Assembly: GCA_965285935.1 (NCBI GenBank)
Contig: OZ260662.1
Span: forward strand, 29,946,001 to 30,010,000
Direction of reading: 5' to 3'
DNA length: 64,000 nt
From: Ophelia neglecta
Lineage: Eukaryota
Shown here: piece after piece, positions 1-12,500 of the stretch
How the letters are laid out: each line of letters begins with the position of its first letter
Numbering within the stretch: position 1 is the first letter of the stretch
Notes under the pieces: model-generated
What the model saw: the letters and a program-made list of their open reading frames with translations, nothing else
Told to the model about the DNA's origin: nothing
Databases searched by the model: none
Program-made: the position numbers and the translations under genes

Positions 1-236
1 ACGCAAGTGAATGAAGGAAAGGCCGAAATGAATAATATTTTCTACCGGAGGCCTTTTTATATTTATCTCGATGCCATGCAAACCATCATTTGTAGGCTCA
101 TTTCTAGCATCGTAAAAATATTAAGGGCACTCGTTGGAATGAGCATATTTGTCCTTAACTTGCAGATGGCCTCAACTGCAAGACTGCTAATTCCCGCGCA
201 GAATTGTTTGTCGAAAAAACAAGTTTGTCTTTAGTA

Positions 237-396
237 CAGTGAAATCTACATTGAGGACCAATACCATAGTCAGACCATGTTCTCAATAATGAGTATGATA
301 CCATACTTTACCCTTTCAATATAGGATAACTAAACAGAGCACTTCAAAAAACGTTGCGCCATTCCCGTTGATGGTCTCAATTAACAGGTATCACTG
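237..396. mobile_element. Degenerate Tc1/mariner (pogo/Tigger-like) MITE
   Basis: TA|CAGTGAAATCT ... AGGTATCACTG|TA: imperfect TIRs with a TA duplication. Internal GACCA/TGGTC sub-repeats resemble the 49787 element. Confidence 0.7.
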
Positions 397-547
397 TAAT
401 AATAAAAACAAATAATATGATCTTCTGCTCTAAATACATTTATACCAGCCACATAAAGTTTGGAGACTTTCAGAAAAAAGGTTTAAAATCATACGATGCT
501 AGAAAACAGTGTGCACAAGCTACTGCTGACGCACATAATGTCTATGT

Positions 548-752
548 GTAATTGGTTTGTTAAAAAATAGGCTGCCTCTCATTGGTTTGCTATGTATGAC
601 GTTTGACCTATTTAAACCCGAAGGCAAGTGACGCGTTTTGCCAGAGCACTGAGTCCCTGGGTGCCGCTACCTTCTGGTGGTGACGTCATCACCGAAAGCA
701 GGCAAAGCGTCATTTCCTTCCTGGGCCAATTAGCGTTCACCATGTGAACGCG
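548..752. promoter_or_regulatory. Candidate promoter/enhancer island (CRE plus CCAAT boxes)
   Basis: Locally GC/CpG-richer. Full CRE TGACGTCA at 681-688, two ATTGG and one CCAAT, TATTTAAA near 608, and a palindrome GCGTTCAC-cat-GTGAACGC. No linked gene is visible. Confidence 0.35.
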
Positions 753-3700
753 TCGGACATGCAATGATAACAGATTAAGTTTTTTTTTTCACCACTAGTC
801 TCCAGACTTTATGTTATTGGCATAAATTCAAAACAACTTACAATCTGAAAATCCTTGCTCTGCCTATTTGATTATGTCTATGGGTGATGGTTTAACACCT
901 TTAAGTCTGTCCATTGACCGTTAGCCAACTAGAAAACCACCACCTAAAAGATTGATTGCCTTACTTCTCAATTCAGGGCAAGAATTTGTGTCCTCTGAGT
1001 AAGGGAACATTTGCTATTAAAATAACATGTTTAGATATGCGCGTTTCTTGTAATATCAACCGTACAGCTACTATCTGCATATTACACTTAGCTGAAGAAT
1101 TCTTACTAGATACAATGCACGAGGATGCCACACAGTAAACCAATAGGTACTTAATCAATTGTGAAGTGTTCATGTGACTCACTTTGAGTTTGAATGGTGA
1201 CGCATTGGCAGGAAATAAGCCCCTTTTTTGTGGTGTTAGTCAAGCGACTAATCACACCTCTTGTTTAGGAATCCCTGCACACTACAATCATGGCAACATA
1301 TAGAGAACTAAATATCAAACAATCTACATTACTCATTATATACAAGGTAATTAGAGTCTGAATGAAGAACGTTTGGGTGGGGATGGTTGGGAAATTTCCG
1401 TATCCCATAATCGACATAGTATACATGTTCATCGGTTTCAAATTCTCGTGCATTCATAGTGTGTTTGTTCACAAGCAGTGGGCTCAGGTTTGACTTAAAC
1501 CAGCGTTTCAGTTTTTAGACTCTGAGTGTCATACATGTATATAAAAATACCAAACAGCGCCATCAGACGAGAGTTGTGACCCTGACCGAATATAGGCCTG
1601 CCCACCCACAAATAAAATAAAGAAATATTACTGTATCAGGTTTACATCATGCAGGTACACCATGCTCTTCAGCCTCAATAACTTATTGAAGAAAGACATA
1701 ACTAAAACAATGTTAAGTTATTATAAACATTTCTGTTAAAGTCAATACACTTCCAAAAAAACCGTTAGATTTTCACCACGTACGATCACAGGTGGTCAAT
1801 GAATATTCACCCCTTAGTGCTAAGAACAAATGTCCCTGCCTAGGATGATAGGGTCGGAAAATAAATTATCATTTTTCGAAAACATCAATTTTCAATGGAT
1901 GTGCGTTTAGGCAGTCAACAATTTTGACTGCTGTTTGATTAATCATTAAACCGCGCGATCCGCAATCTTTGAACTTGGCGCATGCGATGCACCATTTTAT
2001 CCTGTGGGAAACGATGCATGTCCCTGGCTCACGGCGGCAAACAGTGCCGAGGCCAGTTGGGGAGACTCTCAAGCTAGCACTGACAAGAAATGCAGCTAGA
2101 TAAAAAAAATAAACAAAAGGGTCGGCACAATGTGAAGCTTACGTCGATTTTTACGTCCCTGGAATAAAAATCATTGACCCTTAAATATCATGGCGGCGAC
2201 ATTATAGCTTGTACCAAGTATATCTTTTATGCTGTAAATGCAAAGTGTGATAGCGCCTTTACTGTTGCCATGGGCTTTAAAATAAATCGTGGAAAGGAGA
2301 AGCCCTGTTAGTATTTGAAATATTGCAACAAAACATGGCATGATAACTTAAACAAACTGATTATAATGTCAAAATATCCTAATTGACATTTTCGGTCTGT
2401 ATGGGGTTTTGTTTAGTTATTAAGAAAACAGTCCGGCCATGGCCGATCTTGATCTTAAGCACATATTCAATTAAGTCATTAATCACTTAGCATTCTATTG
2501 TCATAAACACGTGTTCCACTAGTTGAATAGAACACTTCCTTTATTGGCATTTTACACAGTTTATCTAAAACTGTCTGCTAACAAGGCTAAATTACAGTGA
2601 ACATCGATCAAAATTAGGTTTCTGGAATATGCAACGATTACAATACAACGTGAGTGATGAACCTAGCAGCTAGATTTTCATATTACGCACTTTTCACCCT
2701 GTAAAGATAAAATGTTTTAATGGAATATCGCTGTTTACATTTTAAAGTTACTTTAAAACCAGTCTGGGGGCGTTCGTACTAAGTAAATCAACACAAAATA
2801 AAATAAATGTTAAACTTGGAAAAACAGGATGGAGGATTTATATATATAAAGCCATTTCGTTTGAGTATGTGGACCAGTTTGATCAAAATCTAGTCCTTAA
2901 TGAAATCTGATACGCTCATATCAAGGCAACCCCCTTCCTTTTTAATTTTGAATGATTAAACTGAGTGATGTCAAGTACATATTAAAAGGATGTCGATCCG
3001 TCTTTTGGGATCATTAGTCCTCTCGACTGGCTCAAGTGTGGGTTAATTTTGTTCCAATCGGACCAAAACCAGCTGCGATATGACAATGTGAAAACTTCCG
3101 AATGGCGCTGTGACCTACATATTGAAAGTAGGTCATCCTAATTTTTTAAAGTTTAATAGATTCAAAAGTGCCAGGAAATTCAGGAATAAAGTGTCTAGGG
3201 TCTGGTAGACGTTTCGCTTTCTAAGCGAGAGTGACCCCCCCCCCACTCCTCATCCAATTCCATACACAATGTGACCTCCCCTACCCCCCCGCCCCCCCCC
3301 CCCCCCCACACACACACTCTGGGTCCTACGAAAGCCTGTCACCATGATATATGATATGACCGTATGACCACATTATATAGATTTACACTCTAAGGTATAG
3401 GGAAACAAGGAAATACAAGATAAGGACAGCAAGAGGACATTTTAGCAAACATTGCCGTCATTCTGTCGTCTTGAGTACATTATAGTTCAGGTCGATATGT
3501 TAAATAAAGTTAACGAGTTGAACGTACAGTGGAAAAGTAGAATCGTATTTGAAATAATCAGGCAAAATCATATCCATATGTAAACCGGAAATCGTTGACC
3601 CAATTGCGCATGCTTTCATTCAACAAAATAAAAACAATTGCCAGCACAACAAATAAAACGCAATCCACTAATATCTTGCCCGTTCCAGACGACATTTATA

Positions 3701-4581
3701 TCGTACGTTTAACCAATAAAACCTCAACTAGCATTTCTCTCGTTTGGCGGCAAAGCTTAGTTCAAGCCTTCTAACTTTACAAACATAACTCAAACCGATC
3801 TTTAAAAAGATCAGTAGTTCAGAATCACGAAGCTAAGTACATCATGTTGATAATCGACGTGTACTAATCCAATGTTCTCAAGCTTGAAAAAAGACCAAAA
3901 GGAAACATTATTTATTACAAGATCATTAAGTGCATGATAGCAGAGTGTGCATTTGACGAGTTCGGTTTGTCGAATGGCTGTTAATTACAAACTCCATTTA
4001 CAGATAACACAATAGATACATTTCCACAATGTCGGCTAGTGTCATTTTCTCCCACCAGTTATTTTTCAAAGCAAATATGCGCTGGCGAAGTGAGTGGTCA
4101 CATAAGAAGCGTACACTGGAAGGAAATCAATGTAAAGTTCACTAGTGCTTAGGGATTTCTTGTGAATCTTTCCCAAAGGCTTGTTAACGCGAGTACCTAT
4201 TTAAAATTCACACTAATGATAAACACGTCAACCTTTGTGCTCTGATTTTGATTGAACGAAGTGATAATTGTTCCCGAGCGTGTATGAAGTGTAGGCGTTC
4301 ATTACGGTGTTATATGCTGCATTTTCCGTGCTGCCCCACTGGTCCAAACTGACCTTTGTTTTAATTAATTCTCCTCCCATGAAACGGCTACAAAAGAAAG
4401 ATTTAGTGTAAACATGTCTGCCTGGCTGTACAACACCCGCTTTACTTTATTTTGAGCAATTCCATTCTCATGATCTGTTAGTCTAGAGACCTGACGTAGA
4501 ATAATTGTTTAACAATTACATCTTGCTCAGCAGTATTATCTTGTCTTTGGCAGATAGTACCACCCCCGGTGAAAATACATT

Positions 4582-4719
4582 CAGTGAAGCCATGTTAAGT
4601 TGTGATAATCCTAGGGACCACCTGCGAATCTGTGTAACTCGGAGTTGTCTATAAGAGAAGAGTGTAGGCATAAAAGAACTAAAAGAGAATAGGCTAGCAT
4701 TCTTTTAGAGGGTTCACAG
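4582..4719. mobile_element. Possible highly decayed CAGTG-type MITE
   Basis: CAGTGAAGCC ... GGGTTCACAG|TA with an internal GACCACC. Size is similar to the other MITEs, but the ends are poorly matched. Confidence 0.3.
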
Positions 4720-5835
4720 TAATGAATGGCGAAACAATACGACAAATGGGAACCCAAAGGCAAGTGAGTAAAATGCTACCATTCCTTGATATCTTACACA
4801 TTCCTTAAACGCCCTTTTTTCTTCTATTAAGTGAGGTTTACATGTCATTAAACTGACGAACACACAAAATACTGCCCAGTGTCAGGTTAATAGTTCCGTG
4901 CCTAATTTCCCAAGTTGTTACTAAAAGAAAACAGTCTTAACATAAATTTCAAACTAATAAGGAATATGAAGGGTTTGATATAGGCTCACGGCAATCAAAT
5001 CAACAGCAATAGGAGTGGAGTTTACCATGAAAGTAAACATTAAATGACAAATATAAGACAATTTGGTTACCTAGCACTCAAGAATCTTCATTATTCTAAG
5101 AAGGTTAAATGTATTAAACACCGAGCATAGAGATGATGTGCATTAATATGTTGTCCATGATAGCTATGGAATGCTATTTGATGATTAGTTTTCGTCTGTC
5201 AGGATAGCCTAATATTTTTGGGTAGTATGCGTCAAACCGGCATGGAAAAAGGATTCCCAATCGATCATCCAAATGATAGGTGCTAATGAAGCAAGATTAG
5301 TTAACTGGCATGCCTAACGTGTTTTGGTACAAAGAAATAGCATAAACGTAAACACTCCTCATTGCCAGACTAAAGGTAACCTTCCATCCCTACATTTACT
5401 TCAGACCAAGATGTCAACAGAACAAAAAACAACAGATGAATGTAAACTATCAAACAGATATCAAATGTCATAAAATTTATCATCGCGCGTTATAAGCTAA
5501 CCTAGATATTATTTGATAATAAAGTTGCCTTTATCTTCGACTCTATCATTTGAATAACATGAGAATAATTATGTTGGACAGCAGATCAATGGTTAGTTGT
5601 CTGAGGTTGAAAACATCAGCCTGCTTAAGTATTTATGCACCAATTAGAATTCCCGAGTCTTCAATGCAGACAATCAATATTTCAATAAGTTTGTACATAC
5701 TGCTCGTAGGTATCGTCTGCCTCTACAACAGACGATAATTTTAACTATTATTAGTCCATATTAACAGAAAACCATTACAGTGTCATTTGGTTACATTAAC
5801 ATAATTTAATATTATAACTTTCTTACAATTGAGCC

Positions 5836-6110
5836 AGGAAGGATTGACAAGAAATATATGGTGGTAGCCTAGCAATTTGCACAAAGGAACATCGACCTGC
5901 CAAGCTATGATCCCAGCTATTAAATGAACATCTGGAAACAGGGTTGATCACCTTCCGCACCAAGCTGTTACCTCGACAGACCCCGTGTTTGTTATTGGTA
6001 TCGTATATCACCCGCCTGCTGCTTCTGACTAGCCATTGAAGGCACAATATACATTGGATAAAACCCTGGGGCGGGCATCATTGTATTGTATGAAATCAAT
6101 CGTTTGAAGT
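5836..6110 (+). pseudogene. Relic of a LINE apurinic-endonuclease (APE) domain, CR1/L2 group
   Basis: Manual translation across frameshifts gives RKD...GG, then LLPRQ...IGIVYHPP (6003-6017), then AGIIVLYEINRL (a decayed GDFN motif), in the correct order for a LINE endonuclease. Confidence 0.65.
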
Positions 6111-6217
6111 ACTATACCATAAAATCTACAATCATATTACATCTGATTATTGAGTATTCTGTCGAAAGGATATTATGTTGTTGATACTCATAAAAAAAGG
6201 ACCTTCAACATAAAGCT

Positions 6218-6524
6218 CCTCACACCGACTGTACCGTAAGTCTGGTCCAGGTCAATGGGTAACCTCCTCACACCGACTGTACCGTGAGTCTGGTCCAGTT
6301 TAATGGGTTAGCTCCCCACAACGACTGTGCAGTGAGTCTGGCCTAGGTCAATGGGCACGGTTCTCAGGCAACAACTGCGCAGTGGGTCTGGTCCAGGTCA
6401 ATGGGCAAGTTCCTCACACCGAATGTGCAGTGGGTCTGGTGCAGGTCAATGGGTAAGTTCCTCACACCGAATGTGTGGTGGGTCTGGTCCAGGTCAATGG
6501 GTAAGTTCCTCACACCGAATGTGC
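6218..6524. repeat. Minisatellite, 48-bp unit, ~6.4 copies
   Basis: Consensus ~CCTCACACCGA(C/A)TGT...GT(G/A)(A/G)GTCTGGTCCAGGTCAATGGGTAAG(T/C)T. Units start at 6218, 6266, 6314, 6362 (50 bp), 6412, 6460 and 6508 (partial). The array explains ORFs 6351-6725 and 6401-6595. Confidence 0.95.
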
Positions 6525-9500
6525 CAACATGCCTTCTTGACACACGCGCTTCCTACCCACAACTGGTCCGAACCATTCCGTCTCAAGGCGTCTGAGGAGA
6601 AATTTTACTTTTACGTATCACAGAATAATTTTCTGACACATTGGAGGAAAGCACGTAGATATTCGAATATTACGGCCTTGATGACAGACAGATTTGACGA
6701 CACTTTATCAAAAACAAGAAAATAACTGCCCTTTCCCAAATACGGTGACGAGGCGCACTGGCTAGTCTCTACACAGAACCCTTACCCAAACGCATTTCAA
6801 ATTGGAGGAACCCCCTTCCAAAACCCCCTTCCAAATTCGAAACGGATCTGCTATCTATTGCCCATACCCCTCTATGTTCTTGGAGTCTTTCGTGTCCAAG
6901 TGGATAGACTCATTGTGATCAGACAGTGAAGACCCACAACAATTTGGATGTGTAGGTGGGTATATACGCTTTTCTGTCTAATCGTTCTTGTTTATCAGTA
7001 GTCGACGGCCACCGACCGCTCGAAGCGATTTATATGGGCTCTCCTTTTAGACCTTTAAGGAGACTCTGTCAACGTCGATTACAATATATTGCTCAATTAA
7101 TACCGGAGCTCGGATTTAACACATTTCAATATAATTGGAACCATTCATTTAGGTGGGATCTCAGGCAGCGGTGAAAGTAGAACATGTTGTCTCTTCATGT
7201 GCGTCTCTTGACGGGGACATTCTACACTAATTCTATACCACCGGATACCAATTCTATACTTCAGGGCATTAATTATATACCTCGCGATTTATCGAATATA
7301 TACACATGCGTGTGCGAATTACTTTATAAACCACTTTATATGAGCTATGAAACAACCAAGCACCATCTCAAAAACATACAGAATACCAAAGAGCTAATGT
7401 GGCCCAAATCAAATGGTAGCCCTGTTTCCACCAGTAGTGAGGGCTATTATCTAATAAGCGTGTCAATTATGGAATGTGGGGCTCGAGTAATAACAAGCGG
7501 ACAGCCTAGGATCGGTCTAGTTAGGCAGTATAACCCCCCCCCCCCCCCCAAACACACACACTTACTTTGACTTGACACGGCAAATGGCTAGTACCATAAA
7601 CATTTCAAGCTTGAACATGCTGTTTATTTTATAATTCCACTGACTTTGTCAATCACTTTCTAATGGAATGGATCTGCTATGCTCTCTAAGGAATCACGAA
7701 TAAACCACCAATCTTTATCACCTAACTGCTATATAACATGTTTGCTAATATAAATATCTAAAACAAACCGAACTGTACTTAATCAATATGGCGACTTAAA
7801 ATCTTCACTTCTGATTGATCTCTGGTAAGAAAGTCGCACTTGGGTCCTGGTAATAAATCTGGACCTACTTCATTCTCATGTTCTTAATCGCTGATTATGA
7901 TTTGTTAGTCAGCATCAGTTCCCTTTATCAAAGTAACACCTTTCTTCTGCTCTTAAACTTTATGATAACAAACTCAAACTGTTTATGTTGTCCATTACCC
8001 GAAGCGGCTTTCACTCAACATGCAATAACATTATGAAAGAATCAGTGGCATCACATATGTAGCATTTAACAAGTACTCATGCCGAAGTTAATTGAAAAAA
8101 AGCAAAACAGAACACCCAGATAAAAGATGATGTGATTGACAAAAGAGAACAAAAGTCCTGTGTGGACGATTCACATGTCTTCAAAGTTAGATCCATTCTT
8201 GTTTCATAAAATCAGCAAGGCAAAATATATATCTTGATGCATTCACTCATTTTAGGGAGAATTTTTTTTTGCAATGGACCAATTTTTTTTTTGCAATGGA
8301 CCAAATTTTTTTCTTTTGAGTGTAGATAAAGCTGTATATGCGCTGATCAAAAACTGTACAAAATATTTATATATCCACACGTGTCAGCTACGACAGCATT
8401 CGTCCCTTTCTCTGTATTGCACCTACCATTTATTCAGCTAATAATCTCAACATAGATTTGCCAGTACGACATCTTCTGTATATAGCACATTTGTTTGACT
8501 CTCTGACAACAGCCCTTTACCATTTTTCCCCACATGCACAAACAAACATTGCATTGTGAATATAAAGGCCTTTTTTGAAAGGAAATTATATTAGCGTGCT
8601 CCATGCATTTGCATTGCCATAATCGCTTTCATTGTCTATGAGCAGCATTATAGCAAACACGCTGTGACGGGCTTATGTGACGATTCCCATAAAGATCATG
8701 ACTCAGTGCTTCCATCCTTCATGGAGGACGGTATAATAACCATACGGAGGCTAATATAGAGCAACAAAAGGATATAGAGCAGCACATCCGATTCGGTTTT
8801 TTCTGCCATACCACGTAGATGTATGGCACACTATAATCAGTATATAATCGTTGGTTGTATTTTAGTTTGATTCCTGCTTAAACGTGTTTTAGATTACTAA
8901 ATAAATGGAGGTTGAAAACATTTGTTCTGGCAAATCGGGCATGGAAATGAACGCTTTCAAATATTTAATATGGCATTCCATTTGGTTCACTCTCTTGCAA
9001 TTCAATCTTAAACTAACTGCTCTCCTACTTTTATGTGCACACTTGTGTGCAATACCCACCTGATCCATAAGGAATACCTTGAGCGGTTTGAAGGGGTCGA
9101 GCAAATGTATTATCTGCCCTGCTTAGGTCGATTCTGCATCTTTCGAGTCATAATGACACGTGCAAACAGACTAAACGTGTCAAGTGCATGTATGGGGAGT
9201 GCTATGTTGTCGACTTAAACACGTGTATCTAAAAATCAATAAACAATTTGCAAAAGTGATTTTTCACTATACTGAAAGACACTGATGATGTACATGTACT
9301 TATTTATGATGGAAATGTAGGTGTTTATCCTAAACAATACTCGGCTGAAGGAACCCAAGAACGTGCAGCTAGCATTTGTTTATAACATCAATCTGTCAAG
9401 CAAAGTAAAAAAAATCGAATATCCTTTACACGGATGGCGTTTGCTCATGAAGTGGCACACTGGTTTTTGCACACCTTTTTATGAAAAAATATAAAAATCC

Positions 9501-12500
9501 CCAATTATTTCTATAAACAACCTTCATATAATTAATCAAGCAGTTGAATGGACTTTAATCAAACATGGTTACATAGTACATAAGCACATTATCTTCAAAA
9601 TGACATAAAAAATACTACTGGAATTGTATACAATTAGAGTTTATTTATAGTCATTCCTGTGCGAAGCGTCTTATAGTACCATATTTGCTATAGAAGTAAA
9701 CTTTGAAAAGCTACATTTCTTTACGCGCTCATATTGATGATACAATCACCTTTATGTTAAAGAGTCGGCATTCCTTCCATACCAAAAATCATTTAAACGA
9801 AATTGATTGTCAATTATTTGTTTATTAGAAATAATAAACTTTTGACAGTACGTGACAATTTTCCTCTCAGGGTGGAAATAAGTAAAATATTAAAGTTACA
9901 GATTTGTTTGAACACTTTTCTATGTATATGCCGTTTTATATTTTCGACACATAACCAACGTATTCTTAAAAATATAGTGACCATTAATTGACATTTACAT
10001 GAAAGGTATACATGTTCATAATATCGTGCCTAAAAGCTAACACTATCATATAAATCCAGATGAACTGAATTGTGAATCTTCACGTTTTAAAAATTATAAC
10101 ATTATTAGAAACGCTGATATCAAAAACAAGGGTCATGTCTCGGGGGGGGGGGGGGGGGGGGGCAACATAAAATGGCTGAAGGGTATGTGATGCGTACATT
10201 TCATATAATACCCGGTGAAAAAAGAGCCCATACATAAAGACGCGGTAAGAAAGGGCGGCTCTTAATCGTATGAGGATGCCAGGTTCGAAAAAAGAAAGAT
10301 AACCTCTTTATATAATCCAATGAAAAATTCACAGTGTCGGATAAGAAACAACAAAAAAGTTTTCCATAAATATAAGGCTTGCCAGACAAGGTGTCTCATA
10401 CACATAAATCGGGTTTTGCAAAACCGACTAATGTTAGCGGCCCTTACTAATCAACCTGTTACAGGAAATCCCCCCTCTAACTTCCGTGAACCATGGACTA
10501 TTTATTGTCCAAAGGAGCCTATTTACTTACACTTTTGTCATTGCATGACTTGAAATATATCACTCTAAGATTGAAATATATTCATTTAATCTGTAGTACT
10601 TTTAGCTTCATTATACCGCGAGATAATAAACAGGACAATAAAAATATATGAACAGCTGTGAGTAGATGACAGTAAATGTAACGTTAGACAAGACAACTAT
10701 AAAAGGATTAATATTCATACGAACATAGCTAGCCCATGGCCAACAAAATTGGATGTCGTCTGACCGGGGAGCAGGGTGGGACAGAGGCATAGAGGCGCAC
10801 GGGGAGTGACAAAGGGAGAGGCTCAACCCGAAGAGCGGGGGCATTGTGCATATGGGTGTGCAGCTGGAAGTTTCGATAACATACCCTTGGTTATGGGAAT
10901 CTGACCAATTCGAACGCTGCAAATCATGTGTATTGCTGAATTTCTGTCCTTGTTTCAATGTTAAAGTCACATTTAGCTAATTGGCGCTTTTACACATATC
11001 TAAATTAGATAGAAAAACCGTGCTTGATACTGGGCTGAAATATGAAATATAATTATTAAGATTACTGCGCCCTAGGAAAGCAATGTGCCGATGATAAAAC
11101 AAACCTTTGACTATAGGGAGATTTATTAGATTTTACATCCTCGGTTAGGGATATAAGGTGAAAACCGATCCTCTGTTAGATACATTTCCCTTCCGAAACC
11201 TAGCGGCACACTCGTACTATGGCGAGCATAACTAGTAACCCTTTGCCCCACACCCAACCCCCGCCCAGCCAATGCCCTCGATCACTTTCACGCCCCTTTA
11301 CCCCAAAAGGGGGAAGTATCACTAGAAAACCTCCTTAAGCCATATATAGCCGTCAATCACAGCCTTACGTGACAAATTTTGGTCATTCCGTGACAAAAGG
11401 GGAAAAATCACGATTGATTAGATTACTGTCCTTTAATATTGCAGAATTTCGAATATGACACAACTGTTATTACTATATCATGTTGCAACATTTTGACCAA
11501 TACATGATAATTCTTAAATTCATGCACCCATCTGTGTATTATAAAATTAACAAGCCATGACATTCCAAATGTACATGTACACGGAAATTGTCAGGTCTAC
11601 GGTCGTGTTGCACATTTTTGGTAAAGGATATATACCTATAAATTGAATTAGCAACTGTGGCTGGACAATCGGTGCTTTAAACTGTAAAAAATATATTCTG
11701 CAAAGGTGGTTCGAGTGAAAATTGAGTATTTTGTCATCGAATGTCACATCGAATAAGAACTATCTTGTCTGATTTAAGACCCTTTGTCACACCTCTGCGA
11801 CATATTAAGCAAATCGTATGCAGTTTTCTTAGTCTTTCCATGTTAAATGGTTGCTCAAATGACATATGACAGAATTTTCTGATATCTGCTGTAACACATC
11901 AAGCGAGTGTTCGCTTAAGATTAATGCTACGGTTTTAACTGTACGTGTAGTTTAATTTGTTGATTATGCAATGATTGTCATTGAGCTCGCCCGGGATGTA
12001 AATAAAAAAAATTATGAGCAAACACTATTAATAGGCAGATATGAATATATAAGGTAAAACTTTAGGTAAGCAATGAGATTCCATCTCAGGCACCCATCAA
12101 ATAACTCACCGGTTTTGGATTTGGCCATTGCGCTTGCATGCACTTACATGTAGCCTATGTGTATTGATGCATTTTATTGCCACATCCCACATAAGGATAA
12201 TTTGAAGGTGGAGTAAATAAAGACAGTGGATTATTTTTACCACTGTTGCTCAAAATTCTTGCGGTATAATGAAAAATAGTTTTAAATTGGATAAACCGCC
12301 TCCTGTTTATATGACAATTCAATTGTGCCTTTTTTTCCTTAGCTGATACAACTGGGATATATATTTTGAGGATATCGGTCTACGAAAGCCAAATATGATA
12401 ATGACACACATTACTTTCCTTGCTTGATAGAAGTACACTTTTCACTTTTCTGCCATTTTTTTCGCCGCACCTGATAACTATAGGTGTACTATTAGTATTT

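Noticed and set aside
6218-6524. CRISPR-like array or repeat-protein CDS (ORFs 6351-6725, 6401-6595)
   Set aside because: Units are contiguous with no unique spacers, there are no cas genes and the context is eukaryotic. The ORFs are by-products of a 48-bp unit, and phase is broken in unit 4.
7650-8050. Possible minus-strand LINE endonuclease relic
   Set aside because: The motif traces are too degenerate to support by eye; a profile-HMM search is needed.
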